From contig NC_002677.1 in assembly GCF_000195855.1 (NCBI RefSeq), forward strand, positions 1,590,001 through 1,622,000: DNA of 32,000 nt, read 5' to 3'. A program made the translations under genes and the position numbers. Positions 31,823 to 32,000 of the stretch are shown here, piece after piece. Source of the stretch: Mycobacterium leprae TN (GTDB lineage Bacteria; Actinomycetota; Actinomycetes; Mycobacteriales; Mycobacteriaceae). The notes beneath the pieces are model-generated. The model worked only from the letters and a program-made list of their open reading frames with translations, ran no database searches and was not told the origin of the DNA. How positions within the stretch are numbered: position 1 is the stretch's first letter; each line of letters opens with the position of its first letter.

Positions 31823-32000
31823 ATGAGGATGTCAGCACTGCTTTCCCGCAATAACTCCCGGCCGGGGTTGGTTGGGACCGCTCGAGTTGATCGGAATATC
31901 GACCGATTGCTACGTAGAATCTGCCCCGGCGACATTGTGGTCCTCGACGTCCTGGATCTGGATCGGATCACAGCTGACGCATTGGTGGAGGCCGATATCG
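31823..32000 (+). CDS. 5' part of a conserved membrane/thiamine pyrophosphokinase-like protein (Rv1697-like); runs off the window
   Basis: Open frame from ATG 31823 to the window edge: MRMSALLSRNNSRPGLVGTARVDRNIDRLLRRICPGDIVVLDVLDLDRITADALVEADI. An upstream start is not excluded. Confidence 0.75.
   Translation, partial: MRMSALLSRNNSRPGLVGTARVDRNIDRLLRRICPGDIVVLDVLDLDRITADALVEADI

Noticed and set aside
1-32000. CRISPR arrays, retrons, antiphage defence islands, biosynthetic gene clusters
   Set aside because: No regularly spaced repeats, Cas-like, reverse transcriptase-like or defence-type domains were seen. The unusual structure is explained mostly by gene decay and old mobile elements.

Overview
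This window looks like a piece of the Mycobacterium leprae chromosome: many decayed genes between a few intact ones, with mycobacterial orthologue order. Intact genes, read from the protein tracks and named by recalled M. tuberculosis orthologues (no database was searched): an AftC-type arabinofuranosyltransferase (Rv2673), a secreted alpha/beta-hydrolase peptidase (Rv2672), a RibD-type reductase (Rv2671), a large hydrolase/acyl-AMP-ligase fusion (Rv1683), a Trm112-like protein (Rv1684), mpg, tyrS, a small Rv1693-like protein, tlyA, nadK/ppnK, recN, and the start of an Rv1697-like gene. Four tRNA genes (Val-GAC, Cys-GCA, Gly-GCC, Val-CAC) lie at 12376-12892. The stretches between are dominated by pseudogenes: PAS module, IS110-type transposase, msrB, AFG1-type ATPase, phage integrase C-terminus, LuxR/AfsR-type ATPase regulator, TetR, ABC permease, ABC ATPase, an Rv1691-like protein and a HAD phosphatase. 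One copy of the multicopy RLEP repeat is recognised by exact matches to both standard RLEP PCR primers, spaced to give 129 bp. I found no convincing new functional system. The most interesting items are a decayed tyrosine integrase next to tRNA-Val(CAC) at a synteny junction, a 16-bp-arm hairpin at the broken 5' end of the decayed HAD phosphatase gene, RLEP beside a decayed msrB, and a degenerate adenylation motif in the intact Rv1683-like protein.
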